Below, one piece after another: positions 27,610 to 37,600 of a stretch of DNA of 64,000 nt. This stretch comes from a virus (lineage: Duplodnaviria > Caudoviricetes). The DNA lies in the IMG/VR virus record IMGVR_UViG_3300037484_000235, positions 188,522 to 252,521 of that record; one strand, 5' to 3'. The notes under the pieces were generated by a model, which did no database searches, was not told the origin of the DNA, and saw only the letters and a program-made list of their open reading frames with translations. A program made the translations under genes and the position numbers. Each line of letters begins with the position of its first letter. Positions within the stretch are counted from its first letter, which is position 1.

Positions 27610-28857
27610 ATGTCCAATCCACTCTCCAAACTCGTCCGGTTGGCACAGTCAAATCCAGAGCTTGCCACCATCTTGAAGCCAGAGCCATTGGCTTCTCGGG
27701 TTGCGGACGCAGCTAGGAAGGCGGGGATGCTGGGCCGCACTTCTCTTGAGGCATTCGTCTTCAAGAGGTTTCCGCCTGACAACAAGATGAAGGGTGGGGG
27801 GCGGCTGATGGTGATGCTTACGGGCAACACCGCAACAGCAGTTGGTGTCCCCAACTACACCACTAGGTACTTGGACCAGCTTGACGACGATCAGCTCAAG
27901 GCCCTCGTGGATGCGGTAGATCCTCACGGACATGGTTATCGCCTGGCGGGCTACGGGCGAGGCTACGGATCGTCCTACAAGGGTGACCCCAGGTGGATGG
28001 AAGCCAAGTACCCTGGCGTGGACTCCAAAGGCAACTCTTTCCGTAAGGGAGAGGAAGTCCTCTACTGGCCTTCGACAAAGACCTTCATGACGGGCCCTGA
28101 AGCCAAGGCGGCTTGGCAGAAGTTCCTGTCCGAGAAGGGCGACGAAGAGGGCAATCCATACGCTCGTGCGGCTTCTGCTAAGCGGGTTGTTGCCACTTTT
28201 CTTCCCACATGTTCGGATGGCACCCCCGCAGAGTATGATGATGGGTTAGACGCTTATGCGTGTCCATCGACTGGGGAGGTTGGACCAAACGGACCTGCCT
28301 ACCAAAAGTGTGCGGCTCACGGTGCGGTTTCTGTCAGGCGGGTAGCGGGGGAAATTGACCACTCAATCGCTCGCCGACAGGCAGCATTGGTGTTGAAGGG
28401 GCTCAGGCCCTCTACTCGTGCAGGAGTTCTCAAGGAACTTCTTGCAAGGATCACGGGGGATGCTGTCCTCATGGATTATCTCTACCGGGAGACCGTCTCT
28501 GGTTCCTACGCAGGTAAAGACGGCAAGCTGAATTACCACATGATGGGGGACCTGTTTGGGGGGCCCGTCGCACAGTGGAAAGAGCGCAATGAGATTGAGG
28601 ACAATCCCGCCTATGAAGAGTTGTCTCTTGACCCCAAGCTTGCAGCAGGAATTGAGAAGGCACTCAAAACCTACCGCCCACAGAACCCAACTATCTCCAA
28701 GGTTGACTCCATCGACTTTGATAGTGTGAGGATGAAAATCCGCTTCGATCTGACAGACAAGATCAAGCGCCTTCAGGCCGGAAACAGCACGGACCCCGCT
28801 GGAGACGCAGCGGAAATCGCCCGCATCTTCGAAGAACTAGCAAGGATGTTCAAGTGA
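27610..28857 (+). CDS. Leader-bearing modular protein (415 aa), candidate internal virion protein
   Basis: N-terminus MSNPLSKLVRLAQSNPELATILK; modules bounded by RKAG, RLAG, RAAS and RVAG. Confidence 0.75.
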   Translation: MSNPLSKLVRLAQSNPELATILKPEPLASRVADAARKAGMLGRTSLEAFVFKRFPPDNKMKGGGRLMVMLTGNTATAVGVPNYTTRYLDQLDDDQLKALVDAVDPHGHGYRLAGYGRGYGSSYKGDPRWMEAKYPGVDSKGNSFRKGEEVLYWPSTKTFMTGPEAKAAWQKFLSEKGDEEGNPYARAASAKRVVATFLPTCSDGTPAEYDDGLDAYACPSTGEVGPNGPAYQKCAAHGAVSVRRVAGEIDHSIARRQAALVLKGLRPSTRAGVLKELLARITGDAVLMDYLYRETVSGSYAGKDGKLNYHMMGDLFGGPVAQWKERNEIEDNPAYEELSLDPKLAAGIEKALKTYRPQNPTISKVDSIDFDSVRMKIRFDLTDKIKRLQAGNSTDPAGDAAEIARIFEELARMFK

Positions 28858-29162
28858 CTACTCTCCGCAACAAAGTCATCCGCCTCGCTCATGCCAAGCC
28901 TGAGCTTCGGGCTCAGTTGCTTCCTTTGCTCAAGGAAGCTGCCTATACCTATGAGAGCTACTCGAAGGGGCTCAATCTTCGTGGTGAGATCCGCAAGCTA
29001 GAGGCACTCGCTAGCACCCCCTTGGAAGCTTACCTCCCCAGCGAAGACTCACTCATGGACAAGCCCGGCGGGTACGACAAGGAGTTTCGTAAGCTGAAGA
29101 CCCAGTTGGAAAAGATCATCGCTCTTCGAGAGCAGTATGCGAAGGACGCCGGAAACCTCTGA
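28854..29162 (+). CDS. Leader-bearing small protein (102 aa)
   Basis: GTGA overlap; MTTLRNKVIRLAHAKPELRAQLLPLLKEAA followed by about 70 aa of helix. Confidence 0.8.
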   Translation: MTTLRNKVIRLAHAKPELRAQLLPLLKEAAYTYESYSKGLNLRGEIRKLEALASTPLEAYLPSEDSLMDKPGGYDKEFRKLKTQLEKIIALREQYAKDAGNL

Positions 29163-29168
29163 TCAATC

Positions 29169-30455
29169 CTATGGCGTCAGACCCAATGTGTTGAGTCTAT
29201 CTTGGAGGAAGTTCAGATCTTCCCATGGATCGTTGTAGTGGACTACCAGGTACAAATACACCCCTACGGTGAGACGCTCTTTGAGCTTGTCTCTTTCCTG
29301 TAGGGCCCTGAACTGGTTCAGGTTCTTGATGTGGGTGGACGGAAATACCGTATGTTGCCAACCTTGGAACTCAGCTAGGAGGTTGTGATCTGGGAAGTAC
29401 CCATCATATCTTAGGCGCCCACCTGTCTTTGGATTGAGGAACCCAGGTGGGTTCCACTCCTGTTCGTAGGCGAGTCCACCGAGTGCCCGAGATACGGCGT
29501 CCAAGAATAGTTCCTGGGAGATGGCCCGATGCGCTATAGGCAGACCTAGTTGGATACAGATCTTTTGAAGTGTTGTGTGGCAGTGCCCGAGACCAGTTAC
29601 GGCCTTGCAGATTGCTACCTTCCCATTCTTCAATCTGTAGGGATCGAAATCTTCTGGTCGAAGAGTGAATTTCTTGTAGTCCGATCGGGTGAGGGAATAT
29701 TTCCGTGTGCATCGGAGCCCCAGCTCTTGGATGTTTCTCTTCATGGGCATGATCCCAACCCCTAGCCCCTTTACGGCAGAGTGGTGATCTACCGTCCCAT
29801 CAGACTCGATGTAGGGGGTCAAATCCTTGAGCGTAAGCCTGATGATTTGAGATTCAGCATACACCTGGAATTTCTTCTTCCAGATCTCGGTTTTAGGCTT
29901 ACCCTTGGATTGTGCTGAGAGTTTGCTTCGGAAGGATTTTGCTGTGATTGAAGCCCCTGGATACTTGTCCCGATACTTCTTGGAGAGTTCTGGGTGTGAT
30001 CTCTGGATGTGGGATGCTAGCGACTCGGACTTGTGTCCGCACTCCAGGCACGTTACATAATCATGGAGTTCTGATTTCCCATCCCACTTTTCTTTCAGAG
30101 CTTTCTGAATCTCCTCACCTTTACACTTGAGGCATTTTGTAAATGGGGATGTGCGATACGGTACCTCATTTGATTCCCCACAGTTGGGACAATTAGCCAA
30201 CCTCTTTCCTACCTTTCGGTGACTCTTCCCTCGTCTCGATGCGCCCCTTTTTTCCTTGGATACTGAACCGAAGACAAGCGCTCCAGCCCCATACAACTCT
30301 CGATACCTGACAGCTGGGGTGTTGTGTTCCTTAACAAGGTGTCGCGTAAGGGAGACGGCTTTTTTCCCACAGATCCTGCACCTCACGTAATCAACACCCT
30401 CAACCAATCCATTGAATTGGTCTGAACGGTCGATCTCGGACTCTTTTTTGCCCAT
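29169..30455 (-). mobile_element. Free-standing homing endonuclease gene, PD-(D/E)xK/Vsr-like nuclease with repeated zinc fingers (428 aa)
   Basis: Two CxxC..H..H fingers (YVRCRICG...HLVKEH; YVTCLECG...HIQRSH), a CPNC...CLKC ribbon, and a C-terminal RLRYDGYFPDHNLLAEFQGWQH nuclease motif. It is antisense, Lys-rich and visibly lower in GC. Confidence 0.75.
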
Positions 30456-30465
30456 ATCGAAGGCA

Positions 30466-30489
30466 CACTATAACACCACAAGTGGTGTT
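30466..30489 (-). promoter_or_regulatory. Extended -10 promoter (TGTTATAGT) of the endonuclease gene, overlapped by a palindrome
   Basis: The - strand reads TGTTATAGT, 11 nt before the ATG; perfect 8-bp inverted repeat AACACCAC-aa-GTGGTGTT at 30472-30489. Confidence 0.55.
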
Positions 30490-30625
30490 TACCTCAATCA
30501 TTCTCGTTCACCTACTTATCATGCAACCAAGATAGGTGAGGGATCCTGAAACGAGTGGTCCAGCTATCCGTTTCCGTTCCTATAGCCCAACATAAATAGG
30601 AACGACATCGTCCCACGGAGAGTAC

Positions 30626-31438
30626 ATGGCTAATCAAGATTTGCATCCCGCTAACGGTACCGCTGGTTCCAGCTACTTGTATGATTTTGGAACCTCTCCG
30701 AACACGCGGGTAGCTGTCTCCCAGAAGGTGCGTCTCCTTGCCCCAGCCTATGGCTCGGGAACAAAGGCACTCTTTCAGATGGGTGTTGTCTCTTCGTTCA
30801 GTCCCAGCCAGAGCCGCAACATCGATACGGTGCGTGGCATTGGCTTTGGAGACATGATCGCAGAGCTGGTGCCCTCCGTGACGGAACCCGTCACAGGCAG
30901 CATCGAGCGAGCGCTCCTGTATCTTGCAAATCTCTGGCAGGCGACTGGCTACGCAGGCGGCGTAGATGGTCCCGTGCGTTCGTTGGCCCATCATCGTTGG
31001 CCCTTCGACATTGAGCACCAGCTTGTGTTCTCATCCCTTGCGGACTCGGACCTTGGTTTTGCGAACGTCGGGCACTCCGGTGCGGAGAGGAATTTCGGCG
31101 GCGGCGTCCAGAAGGTTTCCTACCCTCAGGTCAGCATCCCCAACCCGGCGCCTCCCACCTATGGTGGTTCGCAGGGCCACTCGGCCGTCATCACGATGTA
31201 TGAGGCGGCTTGGTTCACGAGCTGGTCGGCGACCTACACGCAGGATGCGGGTCAGATCATGGAGTCCGGAGACGTAACTGTCTCGGATGTACATGATTTC
31301 TCTAGCCTTTACGGCGAATTCCTTCCGAGCGGGAACGATCCTTCCGTCGACCAACTAGGGTCGATTCGTTTCGGCGGGGCTGCCGAAATTGGTACGGCTA
31401 CTGGCGCAGGCGCAGTGGGTGGTACTGGAATTCGCTGA
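30626..31438 (+). CDS. Major tail tube protein (270 aa)
   Basis: Follows the sheath; tube-type pattern GVVSSFSPSQSRNIDTVRGIGFGD...ELVP, WPFDI, YEAAWFTSWSATY..D...IMESGDV. Confidence 0.85.
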   Translation: MANQDLHPANGTAGSSYLYDFGTSPNTRVAVSQKVRLLAPAYGSGTKALFQMGVVSSFSPSQSRNIDTVRGIGFGDMIAELVPSVTEPVTGSIERALLYLANLWQATGYAGGVDGPVRSLAHHRWPFDIEHQLVFSSLADSDLGFANVGHSGAERNFGGGVQKVSYPQVSIPNPAPPTYGGSQGHSAVITMYEAAWFTSWSATYTQDAGQIMESGDVTVSDVHDFSSLYGEFLPSGNDPSVDQLGSIRFGGAAEIGTATGAGAVGGTGIR

Positions 31439-32199
31439 TGCCTAGGACGATTGAAGAGCCTGTCCCCGTTTCCGGTGGTGGGCTCTACATTCTTTGGCTC
31501 TCTGATCTCCATTACTATGGGGGTCGGGCTAAGAGGTTCAAGACGCGTTGGAGAAATCACCTGCGGGATCTTCAAGCTGGGAGACACGAGAACCCTCGGG
31601 TACAGGCCGTGTACAACAAGTACGGTCAGTTCGAACCAAGAGTGGTTCTTGATCTTGGGGAAGATGCGTCATTTGAAGGTCTGAGAGACGCCGAGCAGAA
31701 GTGGCTAGATGAGCATTTCCGGAAACCCGGGTGTGTGAATCTGAGCCCATTTGCTGATGGTGGTTGCGCTTTTCGTTCTGAAGAAACGCGACAGAAGATG
31801 TCAGCAACCAGAGCGTCCCGTCCAGATCTTGTGGGAAAAGCAAGGGAATCTCTTGCGAAGAATCGGGTCTATCTGGATCCTCAAAAGAAGTTGGATCATG
31901 CACAGATAATGTCCGAAGCAAACAAGGGGCGGAAGCAATCTCCGGAACACGTTTCAAAACGTGCCACTGCCAACAGGGGACGGAAGAACACCCCTGAGAC
32001 ACTCGCCCAGATGTCGGAGTCTGCAAAGCGGAGGTCTATCGCCCACCCTACCTCTCATGATTCTGAAACCCGAGCGTTGATCTCCAGCCAGCAAAGTGGT
32101 CGGGTGTGGATTAATGATGGGTCGAGAAACTCTCGTGTGTTCCCCGACAAGATCCCAGTGGGATGGGTAACTGGTCGTTTTGCGCGGGCCTGTGATTGA
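31438..32199 (+). mobile_element. GIY-YIG homing endonuclease with NUMOD3 repeats (253 aa)
   Basis: GLYILW...YYGG...RWRNH...H.N..VQ..YNKYG, EQKWLD, VNL, then NUMOD3-like repeats (RSEETRQKMS, SPEHVSKR, TPETLAQMSESAK); TGATG coupling to the tube gene. Confidence 0.92.
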
Positions 32200-32233
32200 G
32201 ATCCCCTTTGAGCAACCTTTCGGCGGTATGGTA

Positions 32234-32271
32234 CGAGGAGCTTACGCAAGTGGGCTCCTCGTTTCGTTTTT
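32234..32271 (+). terminator. Putative intrinsic terminator after the GIY-YIG gene
   Basis: CGAGGAGC...GCTCCTCG 8-bp stem followed by TTTCGTTTTT. Confidence 0.55.
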
Positions 32272-32286
32272 AGGAGCACTGACGCG

Positions 32287-33486
32287 ATGGCTCTCACTCT
32301 TCAAGATCTCAAGACCGCAATGGCACCCCTCGCTGAGATCGGCAAGGGAGAGTTGACCTTCGAGGTCAGCGGGACTCTTATCACTCTTCGGGCCCTGACA
32401 CCGGATGAAGAGATTCAAGTGCAGCGGCATGCCCGGTCGATTTTGGCGGACGGTGACCTCACCGATCAGGCCAACGCCCTTGAATACCTAGATCGATTCC
32501 GCATCGCCTCACTGGGTTACAGCATTGTTCATATTGGGGCTTTGGACTTTCGCGACGTGGAATTTGTCGAGACTGGTGAGAAACTCCCAAATGGTGTGGC
32601 CATCAAGGTCAAGCGGCACGAAGCGATTCAGCAGCTCGTTGGCACATGGTCGCGCAACATGGCGGTTGCCGTCTTCAAGAAGTTTGGCGAGCTGATGAAC
32701 GATGTGGAGAAGGAAGTCGACGGACTCATTGTGTTTGATCCTATCGATTATGACGGAGAGATTTCCAGGCTTGAGGAGCGCGTCAGAGAGCTTCATGAGG
32801 AAAAGGCTCGTGCTAAGGCATCTGAGGACGATCTTCGAACCAACCTACGAAATCAGGTTGCCTCTTCTGGCAAATCTTTCCGCAAGCCAAACGGGGAATC
32901 CACAGCCCAGACGGAAGACTCTTTACAGGACCAGACGAGTACACGTCAGGAGGCGGATTCGGTCACCGTTCCTTCGGACGTTGACCGTGAGGTCATCTCT
33001 GAGGATGGCACCCCACCCGAATCCCCTGATGTACAGCCTACAGCCCCAGCCGGCCCTAGGGCTCCCGTATTCGCCCGTAGTGGTGCACGAGTTCCCCCTC
33101 CAGCTCCCACGGCTGAAATCGCCTCCAGGGCGCAGCCGCAAGACCCGGAGGTAGGAAACGACCCACTATCAGGTGTCATGTCATCCATGGTGGATATGAA
33201 CGATCCCGACATGGCGGAAAAGGCCGTTGAGGCTGAGACGCGGCGACTCATCGAGATGCGTTCTGCGGGGAGGCAGCCGCCACATCAGAAAGCCAAGCAA
33301 GTGGCACAGGAGATGGCTAAGCAGGAAGTTGAGCACCCTGTTGCTGCGGGGACCAAGAATGGTGTCGAGGTCTACAAGATGCCCACCCAGACGCTTACAG
33401 ATCGCAGGCCCCCGGAAGGGCCTCCAGCGGCCCCTGTGAAAAGCAACGTCAATCCTCGTTTCAAGCCAACCCGTAGCGGTGGCTGA
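32287..33486 (+). CDS. Tail assembly chaperone-like protein with a long disordered C-terminus (399 aa)
   Basis: Lies between tube and tape measure; N-terminal ITLRALTPDEEIQV...SLGYSIV chaperone pattern; SD AGGAG. Confidence 0.7.
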   Translation: MALTLQDLKTAMAPLAEIGKGELTFEVSGTLITLRALTPDEEIQVQRHARSILADGDLTDQANALEYLDRFRIASLGYSIVHIGALDFRDVEFVETGEKLPNGVAIKVKRHEAIQQLVGTWSRNMAVAVFKKFGELMNDVEKEVDGLIVFDPIDYDGEISRLEERVRELHEEKARAKASEDDLRTNLRNQVASSGKSFRKPNGESTAQTEDSLQDQTSTRQEADSVTVPSDVDREVISEDGTPPESPDVQPTAPAGPRAPVFARSGARVPPPAPTAEIASRAQPQDPEVGNDPLSGVMSSMVDMNDPDMAEKAVEAETRRLIEMRSAGRQPPHQKAKQVAQEMAKQEVEHPVAAGTKNGVEVYKMPTQTLTDRRPPEGPPAAPVKSNVNPRFKPTRSGG

Positions 33487-33494
33487 ACTCTAGT

Positions 33495-34685
33495 GTGTTT
33501 CCCTCCACCTCCAAAGAGCAGAGGGCTCCAATGTACGAGGATATTGGGGCCCTGGTTGTACCAGGGTTCCTTTCCTCGCGCGTACAGGTTGGAGACGTAA
33601 CGCTAGGGCTTCGTTCTCTGTCAGTGAGTGATACTAGCCTCCTTCGTAAGGTGGCCTTAGAAGGCGGACCCGACTGGCCGTTTCACCTTGCGGCAGCAAG
33701 TATCTGGATGGTTGATGGGGTTCCGCTGTTGGAGAGTCACCCCTACTCCCAGAAGATTGCCCTCACGGCTCTGATGCGGGCCCACAAGTCAATGGTTCGG
33801 ATGATATTCTCACAGGCGGTGAGTTTCTTCCGCCGTATGCGTGAGGCCAACCTCGTATTTGAGTCGTTCCTGTACGAAGAGGAGTCCAGACGGTTGTGGA
33901 ACTCCACAAATCATGGGGTGCACCCTCTTTGGATGCAGGCAGGAATTCCTGGCTTGGATCGTATTGGGATGAATCAGTTCCAATCCTCTTGGGTGCAATG
34001 GAATAGGACAGAGGATGACCGGCTCGACGATGACTATTCGTGGAGCTTGACCAAGGTTTTGGTCTCCGTTCAATCTTCAAAGTCAGCCAAGAAGCTTGAC
34101 GCGAAGGACAAGGCTCGTGTGGATGCAGAGAAGTCTCGCCGGGCTGAGGCTCAGAACAAGGCTTGGCACGTCTTCATGGGTCTCTATGATGAGGCCGGTA
34201 ATAAGCAACACCAAATCCAACAGGTGTTCCAGCCACGTACGCCTCAAGAACTTTCGGAGGAGATGCGCCGTTGGGTCTCTGGTGAGAAGGACATTCACGA
34301 CTCTGTCGTGGACGACTACAAGAACCGGGTTAAGATTGAGTTTGAGGCTCGTGAGCAAGACGCAGAAACTTCGCTTCAACAGGCGAGAGGTCGTGCGCTG
34401 CGGGAAGAGCGAAGTCTTGGGGTGCCTAAGCCAAAGATGATTGGGTACACGGCGGATCAACTTGCCAAGCTCCGGCCTGCTTCTGGGAAGGCGGGGGCCA
34501 AGTTCGTCATTGAGGCCGATATGATCTCCCGGAACTTCAACAAGTACCTGCGTGATAATCCAGATTCTGGGGCTCTTGACGTGTCTGGAGGGAGGGTGGT
34601 CGTCAAGAAAGGCCCTATCTTAACCGATGAAGAGGACCGGCCCACTCTCAACGAACTGATTGCGAACCGGAAGCCCACTCTGTAG
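33495..34685 (+). CDS. Second tail assembly protein (396 aa)
   Basis: Immediately upstream of the tape measure; begins with a chaperone-like LGLRSLS motif. Confidence 0.6.
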   Translation: MFPSTSKEQRAPMYEDIGALVVPGFLSSRVQVGDVTLGLRSLSVSDTSLLRKVALEGGPDWPFHLAAASIWMVDGVPLLESHPYSQKIALTALMRAHKSMVRMIFSQAVSFFRRMREANLVFESFLYEEESRRLWNSTNHGVHPLWMQAGIPGLDRIGMNQFQSSWVQWNRTEDDRLDDDYSWSLTKVLVSVQSSKSAKKLDAKDKARVDAEKSRRAEAQNKAWHVFMGLYDEAGNKQHQIQQVFQPRTPQELSEEMRRWVSGEKDIHDSVVDDYKNRVKIEFEAREQDAETSLQQARGRALREERSLGVPKPKMIGYTADQLAKLRPASGKAGAKFVIEADMISRNFNKYLRDNPDSGALDVSGGRVVVKKGPILTDEEDRPTLNELIANRKPTL

Positions 34686-34687
34686 CC

Positions 34688-37600
34688 ATGGCGAAGACTA
34701 ACTCGGATCACGTAGTCAAGCTATCCGCTGATTTCACTGACTTCGTCCGCCAAGCAGAGAAGGCGAGTAAGAAGTCCAGCGAGATCATGGGCAAGGCCCT
34801 TGAGGTCGGCGTCAAGTCCCATGTGATCAATGGGTTTGAGAAATCCCTGAAGGTCTATGAGAGGCTACGGGAACGCACTGAAAAGAAGATGGATGCGCTT
34901 GTCTATGCACAGGACGCAAAGCGTGCCCATAAGGTGGCAGAGAGATTCACCGAGGTTGCCGAGAAGCTTGCAAAGCTTGATAGGGAACTCAAGGACAAGT
35001 CTCTGGATGCAGAGGTCAAACTCCGGAAGGAAGCTGAAAAAGATCTCTACAAGCAAAAGCAGAAGTATCTGCTCAAGTTGAGTTCTGGACTTGAACTAGG
35101 TTTTGAGGATGCTGAAAGATCGCTCACTGAAACCATGGGGAAGATTACAAAGGAGCAGCGCAAGGCCACTCAGGCGATGACCCGTACCTCGGACCAAATG
35201 GCTCGGGGAGCAGAGCGCAGTGCTGAGTTCATGAAGATGTTCCGCCGGGACGCTACAAAGGGTGCAGACGATTTCAACGAGAAGCTGGGTGGGGCCCTAG
35301 AGACATTCAAGTCCGGATTGTCGGACATTGATGTGGGGTCGATGCTTTCAGGTGGCAGCAAGGGCGTCGGAAAGGGCCTGGGTGGACTTTCTGAGATGTT
35401 TAGTGGATTGGGTGCTTCGGCGGGTACTGGTCTGGGTGGTCTGGGTGGTCTCGCAACAACCTTGGGCGCAGTGCTGGCTGTTGTTGGGCCGCTTGTCATA
35501 GCGTTTGGTCTTTTTGCCGGTGTCATGATGGGCATTGACAAGGAGACTAAGGCGTTTAACAAGAGCGCCATCAATACGTTCGGTACGCGCAGTGTGATGA
35601 ACATTGGCGCTAAGGACATGAGGGAGAACCTTAGGGTTCTTCAGCATGCCACAGCGGACTTGAACAAGACGCTGGGTCTCACCTCGGATGAGGCAATGGG
35701 TGTGTTTGATGCCCTTGACGCGGGTGGCATCACGTTGTCCAATCTTACGAGTAACGTTTCTGGTGTTGAGGGAAAGGCCGCAGCCTTAGATAGGGTGCTT
35801 GTCAGGATTGCTTCTACCTCCAAATCCTTGGGCGTCAGTGTCAATGAGTTCGCTGGGACGATGTCCGAGTACACGCAGACTCTGGGATTTAGTTTGGAGA
35901 ACGTGGCCGGTCAGTTTGCCAACATTGCGGCACAGGCTTCGGATGCGGGGTTTAGCACACGTCGATTTTACTCGTTGATCACTCAGGCATCGGCTGGTCA
36001 GGCGTCCCTCAATACACATCTCGATGTCACAAGCCAACTGCTAGTTCGAATGGCCAAGACCCTAGGGGACAAGAAAGCCGCAGAGACAATTGGTGGTGCC
36101 GCTGGTAGTTTCCAGGATTCCAGTACTCAGGATCGTTACAAGACGATCATGACAACTGGAGCTGGTCGGACAAAGAAGATTATTGAGAAATCCGCTTCTG
36201 CACAGGCCAGGTCGTTTGCCAGCGACTTTGCATCCAGTGGGGTTGGGGATAAGATCGCGAAATCGATTCGCGATGCGGGCATTAATTTCGACACTAGCAC
36301 CATTACCGCTGCTGGTGGGGCTGTGTCAGATGACACGAAAACTAAGGCTCTAGTCAAGCAGCTTGCAGGCATGACTCGCTCTGGCCAGGCAGAACTGATC
36401 GCAGCCGTTACTGCTGGCAACCCAGCAATGGGCCGTCAGCTTGAACAGTTGGTTAGCCTTTCTAGGGGCACGTCCGGGAACATGGCTGACATGTCTGATG
36501 CTATGGCGGATTTGGATCCTGGCGCAACGATTGCCATGAAGATCCAGAGCGCTGCGGCGATCCTTGGAAAGCCACTCAATGAGTTGACAGGGGTAGATAG
36601 GATGGCCGCTGAGTCCATCACTGGTTTGTCTGGGGAACAGATGGAAGTGTATCGGAAGCTGTCGGCAGACTCCGAAGGACGATTCAACATCTTGCAGAGG
36701 AAGAAGTCTCGGGGTGATACTGCACCTGCCGATCAGAAGGCTATGGCAGAGCAGTATGGGGCTATCATCCAAAATGGAAAAATCGTTTCTGCTGCGGTGG
36801 TAGATGGACAGATCCGCACCGGTACGGAGGTCTCCACCGGATTGGACCTGATGACTGCTCAGGTTGAAGTCGGTGGAGACAATACCAAGACGGCACAGGA
36901 ACAGAACTTTGATCTGGCTCAAAGGGCGTTTGATGAGACTGTGACGATTTCTGATCTCCTCCAGAATGACATCAACAATTGGCTCCGTGGCCTCTACGAG
37001 GACTTCGGTCTTCCTATGATTGATATGATGGGAGATTTGCTCTCTAAGATGGGTATTGGAGGCAAGACAAAAGCTCAGCGTAAGGAGGAGCGGGACTTTG
37101 GCGCTAGCCTGGTAACAGGTGTACGGAAGGCTCGTACTGATCTCAGCACTTCCGGAAAAACTATCTCCAATTTGGAGGGAAAGAGCACTCGCACTCCTGA
37201 GGAAAACGCAGCACTAAGTAATGCTCGTATCACAAGAGATTCCGCAACTGCTATCATAGAGGATAGCACAGCCGCTCTTAACAGGCTCTCCCAAGGTAGT
37301 GACTACGATCTCATGCACGTTGGGTCAGAGGGCACCCTTGAGCGGAGTATTTCTGGTAGTGGTGCGCAGGAAGCGGATATTCTCCGGAGCCGTGCTGCAA
37401 CAAGAGGGATACGGCAGGGTACGGCGGCACTTGCCACCTCTGGGGTAGCAGCGGCTGTCCCTGGAACGGCGGCGCCAGGTGCGGGGGCCGCAGCCTCCAC
37501 AGATGCTGTTGTAGCGGACCATGCGGAAGCAACTTCCGCCCCCATCGCAGAAGCCACTGTAGAGGCTTCCGCAGCGGCGGCTGAGGAGCATGCTGAGACA

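Noticed and set aside
29169-32199. Group I intron or intein interrupting the tube gene
   Set aside because: The tube ORF looks complete with its own start and stop; both endonucleases are free-standing and no intein Cys/His-Asn boundaries were seen.
33430-33500. Programmed -1 frameshift joining the two tail chaperone genes (G/GT type)
   Set aside because: The -1 frame has a TAG at 33474-33476, and the few bases between it and the upstream gene's stop (CGGTGGCT) contain no slippery heptamer.
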